A stretch of 64,000 nt of DNA from Nitrosopumilaceae archaeon. Lineage in GTDB: Archaea > Thermoproteota > Nitrososphaeria > Nitrososphaerales > Nitrosopumilaceae. Each line of letters opens with the position of its first letter. The first letter of the stretch is position 1. The DNA lies in NCBI GenBank assembly GCA_965207375.1, contig CBDBMG010000002.1, positions 416,001 through 480,000 on the forward strand. The letters run 5' to 3'. This document shows, in pieces, positions 41,301 through 55,884 of the stretch. Under the pieces are notes generated by a model that searched no databases, was not told where the DNA came from, and worked only from the letters and a program-made list of their open reading frames with translations. A program made the translations under genes and the position numbers.

Positions 41301-42537
41301 TCGAGATGAGCTTTCTGTTTGCAAGCAACTTCTTCTGTGTGGAGACAGAATAGTCATTCCTTCTTGTTTACAGGAAGATATTCTACAGCGTCTTCACCAG
41401 GGTCACCAAGGTATAGTCAAATGTAAACTTCGTGCTAAAAACTCCGTCTGGTGGCCAGGGATTTCGACACAAATAGACAAGGTCATTCGCAAATGTCAGA
41501 CTTGCAGTCAGAACCTTCCAAGCAGGAGTGAACCACTTATTCCCACACAACTCCCATAACGACCATGGGAAAAAGTTGGCTCTGATTTATTTGAACTCAA
41601 GGGAATACATTACCTCCTGATAATAGATTACTTCTCACGTTATATTGAGGTAACAAAACTGTCGACAACTACTTCAGCGAGTGTGATCTCAGCATTAAAA
41701 TCCAATTTTGCCAGATACGGTATCCCAGATGTACTGATATCTGACAATGGCCCTCAATATTCAGCAAAAGAATTTGAAGCATTTGCAAAGTCTTATGAAT
41801 TTACACACCAGACAAGTAGTCCCTATCACCCACAGGGAAACGGGGAAGCAGAGAGGGCAGTCAAGACTGTTAAGAAGTTGCTGAAAAGTTCCAAAGATCC
41901 TCATCTAGCATTGCTATCATACAGAACAACTCCACTTCCGTGGTGTAACCTGTCACCAGCTCAACTTCTGATGGGGAGGCGCATTCGTTCCAATCTCCCA
42001 ATATCAACAGCTTCACTCCAACCAGAATGGCCTGATTTACAAGTATTTCGTATACGAGACTCTTCTTACAAGGAGAAACTCGAGAAACAATATGATAGAC
42101 GACATCGTGCAAGGGAGCTACCACTGTTAGATGAAGACACTCCAGTGTATATTGCAAGTGGGCCAAATAACAATGCCATACCTGGGAGAGTCATTGAACA
42201 TGCTAGTGATCGCTCATACCTCATAGAGACACCAATTGGAATGTCGAGGAGGAACAGGAGTTATCTGAACATTAGAACTGATGAACAAATTGATGTTCTG
42301 GCTACACAAGGCAATGTTCCCCCAAGAACCCCAATTGCTACGAGGCTAAGGACTGGAACTGCCATCAAACCCCCAAACAAACTCACGTTCTAGGAGGGGA
42401 GATGTAGTGTATAGACTGACTATCTATATTTAGAATGATTATATATAGGTTGCACGTGATTGCTTGTACTATAAATATATACCTCGTGTTATTGAATTAT
42501 TGTAATAATCTTGAATCCAATACAACTGTATTGTACA
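38375..42537 (+). mobile_element. Full-length Ty3/Gypsy (Mag-like) LTR retrotransposon
   Basis: 135-bp TG..CA LTRs at 38375-38509 and 42403-42537; 5-bp TSD TTATC; PBS TGGTGTCAGAAGTGGGAT (tRNA-Leu-type); PPT AGGAGGGGAGA. Confidence 0.97.
38532..42393 (+). pseudogene. Gypsy gag-pol, disrupted
   Basis: Two CCHC knuckles, protease LDTGA, RT (LPFGI, WMDD), RNase H (DAS, ETDHKPL), integrase (HQGHQG..C..C, SDNG, GEAER); stops at ~38859, 38880, 41293 and 41557 and frameshifts at ~39640 and 40750. Confidence 0.95.
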
Positions 42538-43445
42538 TTATCGCTAAATGAAGGCCCGTGGCTGTTGACTCATCATGATCTCAATGTCAGAATCCACTAA
42601 AATAGGCAGCTAAATAGAATCAATTCAATCGGTGCTTTTCCTTTATCACGTGTTCTTGTCCTTCACTATTCCTCTGACGCCGGCATCGGCTTAAATGGCC
42701 CAGCAAACTAACAAAGTTTATGATTCAGTTTCTATGCTTAATATTACATATACCTACCTGAATGTAGCAGCTGGTTTCAGACAGTGTCATTATTAAATCT
42801 TCACACGAGCGCAAGCAATAAGTGGCATAATTCCAAACTGAAATAAAGGGCAATATTCATAAATTTAAATTCTTCACGTGATCAAGTTTAAATTTAAGAC
42901 TGATGAAGGATACATGTTGCTTGTGATGAATAGTAGCTAGCTAAGTTCAGTTTGTATATAATGCTACAGTTTAACTGTGTTAGAGTTCTCAGTATTTTGG
43001 GGGTGCTCAGCCCCCTCTCCTGCGAAGTGGGGGGCTTGAGCCCCTCCTGCCCCCCTATATCTCCGCCCTTGATAGTTAGCTTAGCATTTATATTCCCTGT
43101 TAATTACTTTAGCCAAAAGCTGTGCAGGAAATGTAATTTTTGCTACTTAAAAGTGCCTGCTGAATACTTTGAATGTTACTAATAATAATTAATTATGGTA
43201 TTTAACCTACGTATCAGTGCTGTTACCATGGCAAGAAGTGTTACATAACAGATATTAGTATCAGGCAAATTACCTGCCAATAAGTGGGTTTATAAACATA
43301 ATTGTGACCAGATTTGTGAAAACCCTTCCTTCCATTCACTGGACTGGACTACTGGACTGGAATACTGGACTGGACTACTGGACTGAATTTTTAAACCAGG
43401 TGGACACCTGGTTTCTTGAAATTGCTTTTGTCCGGAAAGTCAATA

Positions 43446-43530
<85 letters not shown>

Positions 43531-44310
43531 CTGCCCCAGGCTATTAAAACCATTCATGTGAAATGAAGCCTGAATAACCAATCAAACAAGTCCTACTGCT
43601 TTTCAGTTTCTTTGTATGACACTTGCTATATATGGATACTATTGATGGGCAGGGCCTTAGTAATGAAGCGAATCATGAGTTACTGCAAAGAAGAGCAAGG
43701 TGACGCTGTATTTGCTGTTCATTACACGGTAAAAGCTGTTTAACCAGATGTTTAACCAGCTATACATTACTAACAAGACAGAGCGCTTCGGTTTTACTGA
43801 AAGTGGGCGTGCCATGCGAGTTGCAAAGCTTATAAAACAAGACTGGCCTATAATTATATAGTGTTACAATAAGAATTTTGGGGCTCAAAACAACTTTATG
43901 CTACATACTTTTAAAACATTTTATCACTGAAGTACTGGAGTATGAAGCAGGTTTAAACAGATAAATTAAATTTGTATGCGTTGTTATGTGTTCCTTAGTG
44001 ATGAGTCTTCATTCATATGACTTACATGTGACATCATCAAATAATATTACAATACATTGAGAGTAACAGTGGTTTAACTTACATAGCGCCTGGTTTTTGG
44101 ATGGTAAAACATCAACTTGTTTCCATTTTTGGACAAGTTTCTGTGTTTATTTTAGCTACATTTCTGTAAAACAGTAACCGTGAATTATGAAGTAATTTGA
44201 ATGATTATAGAAATAATCTACAGCCCACAATAATTTCATGCAATATGTTTTACTGTAGTGTTTTGAACTGTTTTCAGCAATGCATTAGCTGATATTTGCT
44301 GTTATGATAC

Positions 44311-44750
44311 CATAGATAGTATACCCTACGGATACGGGATTGGAAACGCCGTAACCTTGTTTATGTACTATCCGCGCCCGCTCCTGGTTTTCACCTTTGC
44401 GTACCTGTAACTCTGTGATGTTCTTTACGAATTTTACGAAACTTTTGTAGGTAAATCAGTACGTGTAGTTTTACAGGGATATAGTAATTGGATTGTTTAT
44501 ATTAACCCGTTTATTGTAGATTACAGGTGTTTGTGTTGTTTATACACTCGCACTTTGCGTACCTGTAACTTCATTACTATTGCTATGAATTTCACAAAAC
44601 TGTTGTTAATAAGTTAGTAATGTGTAGTTGTACAGGGAAATCTTGCTTAAGTTACAGGTACACAAAGGTGAAAACCAGAAGCGGGACACGGATAGTACTA
44701 TGAAGCTTACGGCGTTTCCAATTCCGTGTCCGTAGGGTATACTATCTATG
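44311..44750. mobile_element. 440-bp P-element-like MITE
   Basis: Long TIR starting CATAGATAGTATACCCTACGGA; perfect 7-bp TSD ATGATAC (44304-44310, 44751-44757). Confidence 0.9.
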
Positions 44751-46162
44751 ATGATACATATGTAGTGTGCACTGATGAAAGGTACAAATCTAAAGTTACA
44801 TTATAGACATACATACGTATAAGGGGTCATTCACAATCTTTGGTTTTTATGTGAGCGTACAAAGAGTACTCTTTTAGCGGTAAACCCCTTCCTCCCACAA
44901 AGCAAACTCTGAAAATATTGATGTCACATGATCACCGTGTTTTCCTATATCAACATTTTTAAAGTGTAGGCTCCCTCCCCTAATATATACTCTTTGTACA
45001 CTTGCAAAAGGCTGAAAAATTGAATAACCCCTACGCAGAGTATACTGGTAGCTATAAGCATAAGTTTAGCCTAATTATAAATATAAATTTTAATCCCTAG
45101 CTTATCAGAACTTCCACTGGTACAATATGTCATTTTCTGACCAATTTCCGATTTCAGCAGTTTGTTGAGAAAAGTCTAATTAATTTTGGCATTGGGAAAG
45201 TCAATGATAGTCTATAATAATTTTCCTCAATGCATGGGCATTCAATTTCTAATCCTTACGTACGTATGTATAATAATTATATGTATTAATATTACTAGCA
45301 TAGCTGTCATGCATCAACCAAATAATCACCTGTTTAAAGTGCATAAAAATGAAAATAACTCAGTCCAGTAGTCCAGTTCAGTGAATGGAGACACCCCTTC
45401 CTTAATGGCACATTCTGATTCTTTTAAGCATAACTACATGATAGCTACTTCATCCAATAATTATTATTGATTTTTAAAGTTATAGTTCACTGAATGAACA
45501 TGTCACAAGAGATATTATATTAGAGATTGATAAAATACCATTTGTGGTCGGTCTGACATGAGAAAACCAGGAAGTACACAAAATACACCTATTCATATTA
45601 TGGTACCGTATAGCCTAAATTTTCAAGGGTTAAAATTTCGTGGAATCATAAATTTAGCAGTCTTGTGGATAAATGTTTCGTGGATTGCAGAAGTACAGTA
45701 TTGAATTGCAGGGTAGGACAAATATTTCAAGGATAAATTTTCGCAGTTGGTCAAAAAACCTTGAAATCAGTAAAAAAAATTCCCCTTGAAAAATTTAGGC
45801 TTTAGCTATACAGTAGCTAGCTAGCTATGTATTTCCTTTACTGTATAAGATTTAGAAAATCTGTGAACTGCATGAGATTTCCTATTGAAAGCTGCATAAA
45901 TGGTGAAAATTGTGCTAGACTCAATCACAGAAAGGTATTTAGCTAAGTTTGAAATCCAAAATGTGGTCAAATTTTATGTGCACTGATAATATAAGCCCTG
46001 TTTTCTCATGCCGGGTCACATTTTACAGGTATGAAGGCATTCGATTCAAAATTTTGTGCCATAACATTAAGGAACGTTTTCACAAATTTGATCACAATTA
46101 TATATATACTTACATATACGTAGCTATAAAACATACCATATGCATGCAAATACTTAATTATA

Positions 46163-46694
46163 CAAGGGGGTGTCACATACATACTTACTGTAGGGCGATC
46201 TGCGACCGGGGTCAAACTCAAAGTCAACGATCAAGGTCTCCAAAAACTATCCAGTCATAGGTCAAACAAGAAATTACACGGTCAAGAAACAAAACGAAAA
46301 CTTTAACCCACAATCAAATAAAACAAATTTATTAAAGTATACGAATTTATACTAGACTATACGGTATTTATAATTACATTTCGCCTCGCGCTGTGCATGC
46401 GGCTACGTCTTCGAGATCTGTAAACAATGTAGTTACAGCTGCTAGTGAATATGTCAGCTGCTTGTTGCAGCTGACTACTCCACTTGAAGCATCACGCATC
46501 CAAAAATAATTATTTCGCAGACGTTTGTATAGGACCATAGATGTAGGACAAGACCAAGCAGAAAACCGAGAAAGTCAAAGGTCAAGAACAGATAAGCAGT
46601 AAGTCAAGGGTCAAGCTTAATATTTCTCTGGTCAAGACTTTGACCGCGGTCGCAGATCCGGACCTACAGTATATGTGAGCGTGACACCCCCTTG
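46163..46694. mobile_element. MITE, unclassified
   Basis: TIR CAAGGGGGTGTCAC...GATCTGCGACCG; flanked by TTATA on both sides. Confidence 0.8.
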
Positions 46695-47345
46695 TTATAC
46701 AGCTATCAATTTATGCATACGAGTTACTAGTATAATAACACGTAAGTGTAATAATTGTTGATTGTTGAACACACATTCGATTCACTGTGCATACACCTAA
46801 GAGCCTACGAATTTTATAAACCAGAGGGCCCGAGGCTGAGCGCTCTCGCTGCCGCGGCGCTCGTCTTGCGCTACTAAGGGCCTGAGGTTTTATAAAATTC
46901 GTTGACTCCATGATATATACGCATAACTGTTTTATACACGATAGATATAATCTTGCTATTTGTCGCTTCGACCGACAGCCATGAGACAATTTCCGTTAAC
47001 GAATAATTATTAGAGGTCGCGCGTAGCAACTACATATTATTTAAGCGCCTGCGCGTCTCGTGTTGACAAATCGATTCGGGGTGGGTAGGTGGATTCGGCT
47101 TGGCCTAGCCATAGATATTAGAGGCGCGTTATGCATGCATGCAAGGTGCTTGTATTATAAAAGTGTTTCTTAGTGCCTAAATTATTAGTAAAGGTGTGGA
47201 GAGATTCAGTCGGTAGCTATGTCCAAGCTAAACACGTGCCTAACTGGAAAAGTTAACAATAATATGAAATAGATAAATGGGATATAGAGAGTATATAACC
47301 ATAGATAGTACCCTCCGGACACTAACCGGAGGTATATAGCTACTA

Positions 47346-48438
47346 TCATTAAGTACGGTAGTACTTAATAGTAGGGATTGGTAAGAAATTGTACGGCTTC
47401 GGGAAAATTTCGCGCTTTAAAAATCAACCTTGCAATAGGCTTTACCCGAAAAAAACCTGCTGGAATGCATTGGTAAGGCTGTAATGATGCTGTACCTTGG
47501 TTAAACGAAATGACAAGTCGAATATTTCGACCTACAGCCAACTTTGAAAATTTCGAAATTCACCTGTATTTCGTCTGACAGCCTGCCAGCCTGCCAGCCT
47601 GCCAGCCAGCCTGCCGTAAGACCGGGTTGCGCTAGGTGTAGGGCTCCAGAAATTTCACACAATAAAGGTAATGGCGGCGCATTTACGAAAATGTTATTCC
47701 GAAGACGATTTACCCACTGCGCCATGGCGATTCCCTTTATCCTTCATTCCTTTCCTTGTTCTTCTTTATTCCTTAGCAAGGTGCGAATTTCACCGAAAGT
47801 ACGATAGCCTGTAACGGCTTCTGCTTATTGCGTCACACAAAAACCTGGCTTGCACGTGATATAATTAGTTACAGTGGCACGATGTTTTCGCGTGTACTTT
47901 ATTACATCGTGAACTTCGAGATTATAGCCTTGGACAAATAGCTTTTGCTGTTTTTCGAGCGTTATTTGCTATCACACAGCTGCTTTGCCATGTCAGCTCG
48001 TTGTTAACAAACGCCTGTAAATAAGGATAATTATTATGTAAGCGCCTGTAAAATTTTGTGCGCCTGCTGAAAGATTAATATGAATGCTTAGCATGTATAA
48101 AAAGTAAACAAACTAGAATGATAAAAAATTAAAAATTTAAAAAGTAAGTAGGGATTGAATTTTGGATTCAATAGTGCTACAAAAAGTAAGGAAACAAGGA
48201 ATAAGATTTTGGGACGAGAGAACATTCTGGCATGAGATAATTTACAAAAGTTTAATCCCTACTTTTGGTTCACTTCAGGTTTGCCAAAAGTAGGGATTAA
48301 ACTTTTATAAATTATCTCATACCAGAGTGTTCTCTCGTCCCAAAATCTTATTCCTTGTTTCCTTACTTTTTGTAGCACTATTGAATCCAAAATTCAATCC
48401 CTACTTACTTTTAAATTTTTAGTTTTTTATCATTCTAG
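47346..48438 (+). mobile_element. Family A copy 4, nested in a ~55-bp P-like mini-element (47300-48446)
   Basis: Family A termini; the host has CATAGATAGTA / TCTATG ends and ATATAAC/GTATAAC flanks. Confidence 0.8.
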
Positions 48439-49742
48439 TATCTATGGTATAACGCTATAGCTACTGTTATGATATAGCTAAGGTTAGCCTTGTGGTTATG
48501 TGAGCTAGGCATTTTGGATATTTCATTTGCTCAAACTGAATTCTGTTAGCTAATCTCATGACTCCTTGGTGTGGCTCATTAATTGTGCACCCATGAAATT
48601 AAAAATTTCTTTACGTAGCTATGTATGTGACTATTTCTTCTTGAAAATAACCTGCATGCTATAGTAATGGTAATACTGAATTTGGTAATTAAGTAAATTT
48701 GTATCTTCACAACATTTTAAGGTAATTGATGATGTGTATGTTTTATTAGAGTAGTTTGAGTAAATTCTAAAATCTTGAAGTTTTGTGTACCATAAGTTAA
48801 TTTACTCCTTTTAGTTTTAGCATGATATTATTAATATTTATGTTAACATCATATACGTACTTTCACTATTTGCCACAGGAACACAATTCGTTTTGATAAA
48901 CCGAAGCATAAATAATGAAACATGTTGTGTATATATGCACACATGATATGCACAAAGTGTAAAATGGCAATTGAGGCAGTTACAGAAAAAGGATGCAGGT
49001 GATGAAAGAAACATGCAGGTGGTGGATGAGAAAGTAACATTCACTAAATAGCTAGCTAGGACCTGATGTAAATTTAAGATATTGCCTTGTAGTTCGATTA
49101 ATTTGTAGCTATAGTATTGCTGCATGCATATATAGTCAGTATATCACCCACCCTAGCTAGCTATGTATTATGCACCAGATCTTGCAAAAGTAATCAAAAT
49201 TTGTAATTGCTACATGATACGTAGTTTTATAAACTTTTGATATAACTAATGTACATGGCTAAAATTAATTAGCTATGTATAATGAAATACCAAATTCAAA
49301 CTTACATTTTGAAGCAAGGGTCTTTACTGATTTCTAATGCCATTGTTGCTGAAGGAAAGAACAACACCAATGTTAATTATATAGCTACTATATCGTCCAG
49401 CAAATCTGTAGATAAAGTTATTGACAGTAGCTAAGTGGTACTATTCCACTCTCATTCAGTATAATAGCTATATGCATTATATGTGATACAGCTCCACATG
49501 TTGAATGGCTAGTGATATTGTAACTGATGTTGTGCAGACATTATATATCTACTATACTGTACATGTAATGGTCACAGATGGTAGCTAAGTCTGCAATAAA
49601 TAGCAGCAGTAGCACATATTCCTATGCTGCTGTAATACATAAATTTCTATTGAATATTTTTATTCAAAGATTATGATTACATACATTGTAGCAATCAATT
49701 GTTATATACGTAGCTACGTATATGTATATGTACGTAACACTA

Positions 49743-49982
49743 TGTGACCGGGCTTGAGAAAACTACAATACACCTATTCGTATTATGATACCTATCTCTT
49801 TTTCTGTGTGTGCTATTCAAAATCTGTTGGTTTTTTGAATTTCTTAGGAATTTCTACATAGCTATATGATAATTAAAAACTTATGTGAAAATACTATGTA
49901 TGTTATGAAAAAGAGTTATTAAATTTGAATATTGAACAAATTTTATGTGTAGATAAGACCTGTTTTCTCAGGCCTGGTCACA
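49743..49982. mobile_element. TGTGAC-terminated MITE
   Basis: TGTGACCGGGCTTGAGAAAAC / GTTTTCTCAGGCCTGGTCACA. Confidence 0.7.
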
Positions 49983-50539
49983 ATGTCATAATACACTCTC
50001 TCACACAGATATACGTACATACAAATTTGGGTACCAGAATAGGGGGTCATTGGGGGCATTGGGGGCATTTGCCCCATAGTTTTTAATGAAATTTCCATAG
50101 AAACTATTTTCAATAAAAATGTGCATTTTGCTACATCTTTTTGGTTCCCACACTTAGCTAAATAGCTTCAGGCATTCCTGCACTGAACAAATAATATATA
50201 CATACACAACACACGCACATATAGCTATACTTGTAATATAGCTACATGCACATACTTGCACATAGCTACGTATACATAAATACACATGTGCACACTTATA
50301 ATAATAATATTATTATATACGTAGCTGGCTATTTATATATTGTGTTTTCTTACATACCTATAGTGTTGTTATACATAGTTCCTCTAGCTACTGCTGTAAT
50401 GAACGTGTGCATAAATTTCTATTGAATATTTTTATTCAAAGATTGTGATTACATACATTGTGGTTTCATGCAGGTGTGAGTATGATAATTATGTGATAGA
50501 ACAAGTTTATGGCTAGCTACGTAGTTAGTAGTTTTCTGC

Positions 50540-51175
<636 letters not shown>

Positions 51176-54100
51176 CACTGCTAGCGCTGTACCTAATATG
51201 CCAGAATAATTTTGGAACAAAAAGAATTAAGAATTACTACATGTACATGTAGCTATGCTAAAATAATGATAGGGCAAATTTTAACTATGCTATACTATAA
51301 AACCAACCTGTCTAGTTTAAAGTACAAAACACTTACTTTTATTAAACTCTCTAGTATTCTCTGATAAAATTAAGGTTAAAAATGCTGCTACATGCAAAGT
51401 CTTTAACAAATGAGTTGTAAATTTAAACCCATAATCAAATATTTCTTGTGTTCATGATATTAACAACTTCATATGCTGCAGTGGGCATTTTCTAGCGCAT
51501 TTAAGGTAATAGCTAGCTAAATGTTAGATTGTGTACTTAATTTGTATAGATTTAACTTAAAAGGGTGGTTTTTATTAAGGATAAATTTAGATTAATACTG
51601 AGGTAAACTTTATAAAAGAATTTCTAGAAAGAATAATAGGATTATAAGCATAATAGGTACAGCCTTAGAGACATAAGCATACACAGAGACACATGTACAG
51701 ATACAGAGAGAGAGTTATGGACAAGAGGGATTTGCCTGATATACATATACGTACGTAGTTTTGAAGGCCTGATCAAGATATCCCACCTCTGACACCTTGT
51801 AATAAGTATGATAATTATAGCTAGCTATGTAGGTAGTTTCATTCTGTAAGAACACTCTCCTCTTTAATTTGCAATTGATACACTAGCTACCATGCATATG
51901 CTGTATTATAGTGTTTAGGTACATAATTATGAAATACATCCTTATTCCCTCAAAGGCTCTAATAATTATTGTATAGCTACGTAGGCAGTGCCAGGGTGGT
52001 AACACAGTCATAAATATTTATATGAGTAGTGATGTCTACATTAGGCAAATGAAATTCATGGCTCAAGCACAATTATCATGACTGTATGTATGTAAGCTAG
52101 CTAGGTAACAATGTTAATTGCAGAGCTGGAATGAGATAGCCTAGCTACATTTGTTCTGATGTAGTTGTAAACTTGCTGATGGAATCTGTTAGTGTTATAC
52201 TGTAAACATAGTTACTGCAGTGTATAACACCTGTATAGCTATGTGAAAATTATCAAAACTCTGGCAAATTGATGACTATGCACCAATTTGTCAACATTTC
52301 CTGCTACAGATAAAAAATTAATGTAGAAGCCACATATTTACATAGCTGAGAAGTAATATTACACCCACCCACCCCCTTATACACGACACACGTGATATTA
52401 CAGAAACTTTTCAAAAAACCTTTACAAAACCAGTGATTTTGACTAGCTGTCAACTTGTTTATATAATGTTAGCTATAACACTAGTCTACTACTGGAGCAA
52501 GTCTGGCGTGGCTACAATCAAGCACCAGAGGAATACAGTGCCGTGAATATTGAAATTGGTATTTCTCGAAATACCAAATGTGCGATTTGGATTAGGTATA
52601 TATAGTATTACACTACTGAAGCAAATTGCTATGTATAGCTGACAGTAGCTATATGATAATGTGCATATGATGCTGTAACCTTGGTTACTCTGTAACAATG
52701 TTTATCGAACTAAGCATTGATGCTGGCATGTGTGGGTAGACACTTGTTTTGAGTGCAGTTAGGGCTAGGGTCCAGTGCTTACATGCATGTTATAATGTGC
52801 TGTTAAAATTGTTAATTAGCTACATAATCTACAGGTATATATTTTTGTGATCACAAAGACCACCCAATTAACATTAGTTCCATGGTACACTAGTTTGTGA
52901 GTTTATTAAATAATTTTTGCTAAATATTTTTGCTAATAATGTTGCCTATATGTAGTTAGCTATAATTTAATTAATGCTGTGATGTCAATTCTTAACTTAA
53001 TTAGTAGCTACATGTTGTTTATAGAGGCATTAATGTCTGCAAGTGCAAAGTGTTACTATATTTTTGTATGTTCTGACAACCTAAAGTTGTTTACTAACCA
53101 GCTGTAGAGGTGTGTTATTCGTAACTATTATTTAAAGATATGACGTTATTGCTGGTAATAATATATGTATATATATATATATATATATATACACATACAT
53201 ACGTATGTATATCAGTCAAGAGGGCATGAAGCAGCTTGGACACAACTCTCTATCCACTAGGATGCAGCTACAAATGTTGATTGAAGTTTAGAAAAATTAC
53301 AAAAGTAGCTTAAACTACATGCTAATAAAAATTAAAAAAGTACAAAAATCATAGCTGGGGATAGCCATAAAAAATAAGCTTATAAATAGCTAGCTATGTA
53401 GCTACGTATAATTGTATCACATGCTGCTAGTTGCAGTTTAAGTTGGTTTTGTTTCAGCATAGGTAACATGGTTATCAGCTTTCATAAATTTTGGCACTTT
53501 ATTACCCAGTTGTATTTCTGCATAGTTCAGCTTAGGTTGCAGTGGAGGAGTGGACTGTAAATGAAACTTATGCTGATATTTAGTGAAATAATTTTAAAAG
53601 TATACCCACTTCATCTTCATCAATGTTGTCATTATGGAGTGATTCGTCAACATGATGATTATCAATTGATGGTTCATGAATAGTTTCAGATTCTTTTGTA
53701 TTCTGTACAACACAATAAAATAGATTATTTGATGGTCGTTGTACATATACATACATAATGATATATGATATGTATATACGTAGCTACATAGCTACACACA
53801 CAATGTACTGTTGCTACGTATTATACTATATAGTAGGGCTGGGCAGTACTGATATAATTAGCTACATATATTATGAAAAAATTACTGTGCTGTTACAATA
53901 TATCGCAGTATCTTTGTACCTGCAAATGCACTCTAAAAATTAGCTAGCATCTAGCTATAACTTGCCTATGAATGTGGTATATATAATCACATTTTTGTGC
54001 ACATTCAGGAAAACCCTGGATTCTAAAACTACATCACAGTTATGTATGTGACTATGTTTGTACACTGTTATTATATGTTTTCCCTTCAGCTAACTACCTA

Positions 54101-55433
54101 TATAGCTATATTTATTTGCCTGTAAATCTTAATTGTTCTATGATATAACAATTTTTGCGATGTTACAAATACTTCAACATTATTTCATTGTGCTACCCTC
54201 ACCTTCATCTGCAGATACATACTTGCTTAGAATTATCGTCAGTACCTGGCTCAACGACAAATGCATCTTAGCTCTATTTTCATGATCTTTGCTCAATCTC
54301 ATTAAATTTTTTACTCGTCATTTTTCAGAATCACTCACTATCTAGTCTCTACAGAAGACAAATAGTTACCAGCAACTATCCCCACTACTGAGGTCATGGG
54401 ATCGAGCATGGGATGCATCACCACTTTTAATTTATAAACTATGAAATTCAGTCAATACCGCAATAATATTGATATCACAATAATACCGTTTCAGTAAGTC
54501 TTCATGATACGGTTACCATCTCAGATTATCGTGATATTACTATAATATAGCTAACTATGTATATAACTAGGATACCACCCAGCCAGCCCTACTGTATAGC
54601 ACAAAATGTTTAATGATGGAAAATTTTGACAAATGAGATCAGCCTTACATACAAATGGCAAAAATATTTTTCCTGTCAAAATTTTGTACTTTATGGTAAT
54701 TGGTTAAATGGTGTGCTTTCGATAGAACCACCCTCTGATAGTCATCACATAGCAATACATTACAAATGCCTTGTGCAACATTTTCAAATGAATAAATACT
54801 CCAGCTAATTGCCATAACAGCATGAAATTATAGTAGCTGGCACTAGTTGCAGTGAAATACAGTAGCTACGTATATATAGTAAACAGCTGTCAACAACACA
54901 TATCTCTTGGCTTCTCACTTTCAACTTGTGTAGCAAGTAACATTGATGTAACCATAGCTCATGATCATGTGATCATGTGGCCACAGTGTAAGGATTTTAG
55001 TTTTTCTGTTATTAATTTCAACAGAAATTTCTTAATGAGTTAGTATAGTAGTAGTATTATTTTGCTAAATACACAGCTTTTCACTAAAGGTATTCAAATG
55101 AAGACTGATATGAGCAATTTGAAAATATGTAGCTATAGGCCTTGCACACACAATGACACCTAATGATATGTAGATAATTACATGTATGTACATACTTGAT
55201 TTGCTGCATACATATAGCTACGTACGTATATAACATGGTACGTATGCATGTATGTATCATGGCAATCACATTTTAAACTTACTAAGTGTGTAGAATCTGT
55301 AGACCAGGCTGGGGTTGGTCCAGATACTGCATACTACAAGTGTAGATTATTACATCTACTGACTGCACTTAAACCATTTTAAAATACAGAACTACATATG
55401 TATCTGTATATGCACACAACATGACCAAACATA

Positions 55434-55670
55434 TGTGACCGAGTCTGCAAAAAAAGGTCTTATCTGCACATCCAACTGTACACATTCAGTAAGCCATAAT
55501 TTTTCTTGTGAATTAGCTAACAATTAATACAAAACTTACACCATTTATAGTACTATGCTTGGACTCTCTTGTATCAAATTGGTATGCCTATAGCTATCCC
55601 ACAGGCTGAGTTATGTGCCTTCACAATCATAAAATTGTATGTGCAGATAATTTTTGCAGGCTTGGTCACA
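55434..55670. mobile_element. TGTGAC-terminated MITE
   Basis: TGTGACCGAGTCTGCAAAAA / TTTTTGCAGGCTTGGTCACA; TA flanks. Confidence 0.7.
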
Positions 55671-55884
55671 TACATATATAAAGCCACCATAAATACGTAC
55701 TAAGCTATATTTATAATTATGGCATAATTACATAAACAACAGGTACGTAAGTACATATGTATGTAGCATCTCACTGGTGATGCTAAATCATGACTTGTAT
55801 TATCATCCTGTGTTTCAACATAACTAAAGATACATATCATATTAATTTATGTGTTTACACTTCATAATCATAACACATTACCAA

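Larger units (their letters stand above)
38055..43071. mobile_element. hAT-like MITE hosting the Gypsy insertion
   Basis: TIR CAAGGGCGGAGA / TCTCCGCCCTTG with GGGGC-rich subterminal motifs; no clear TSD. Confidence 0.6.
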
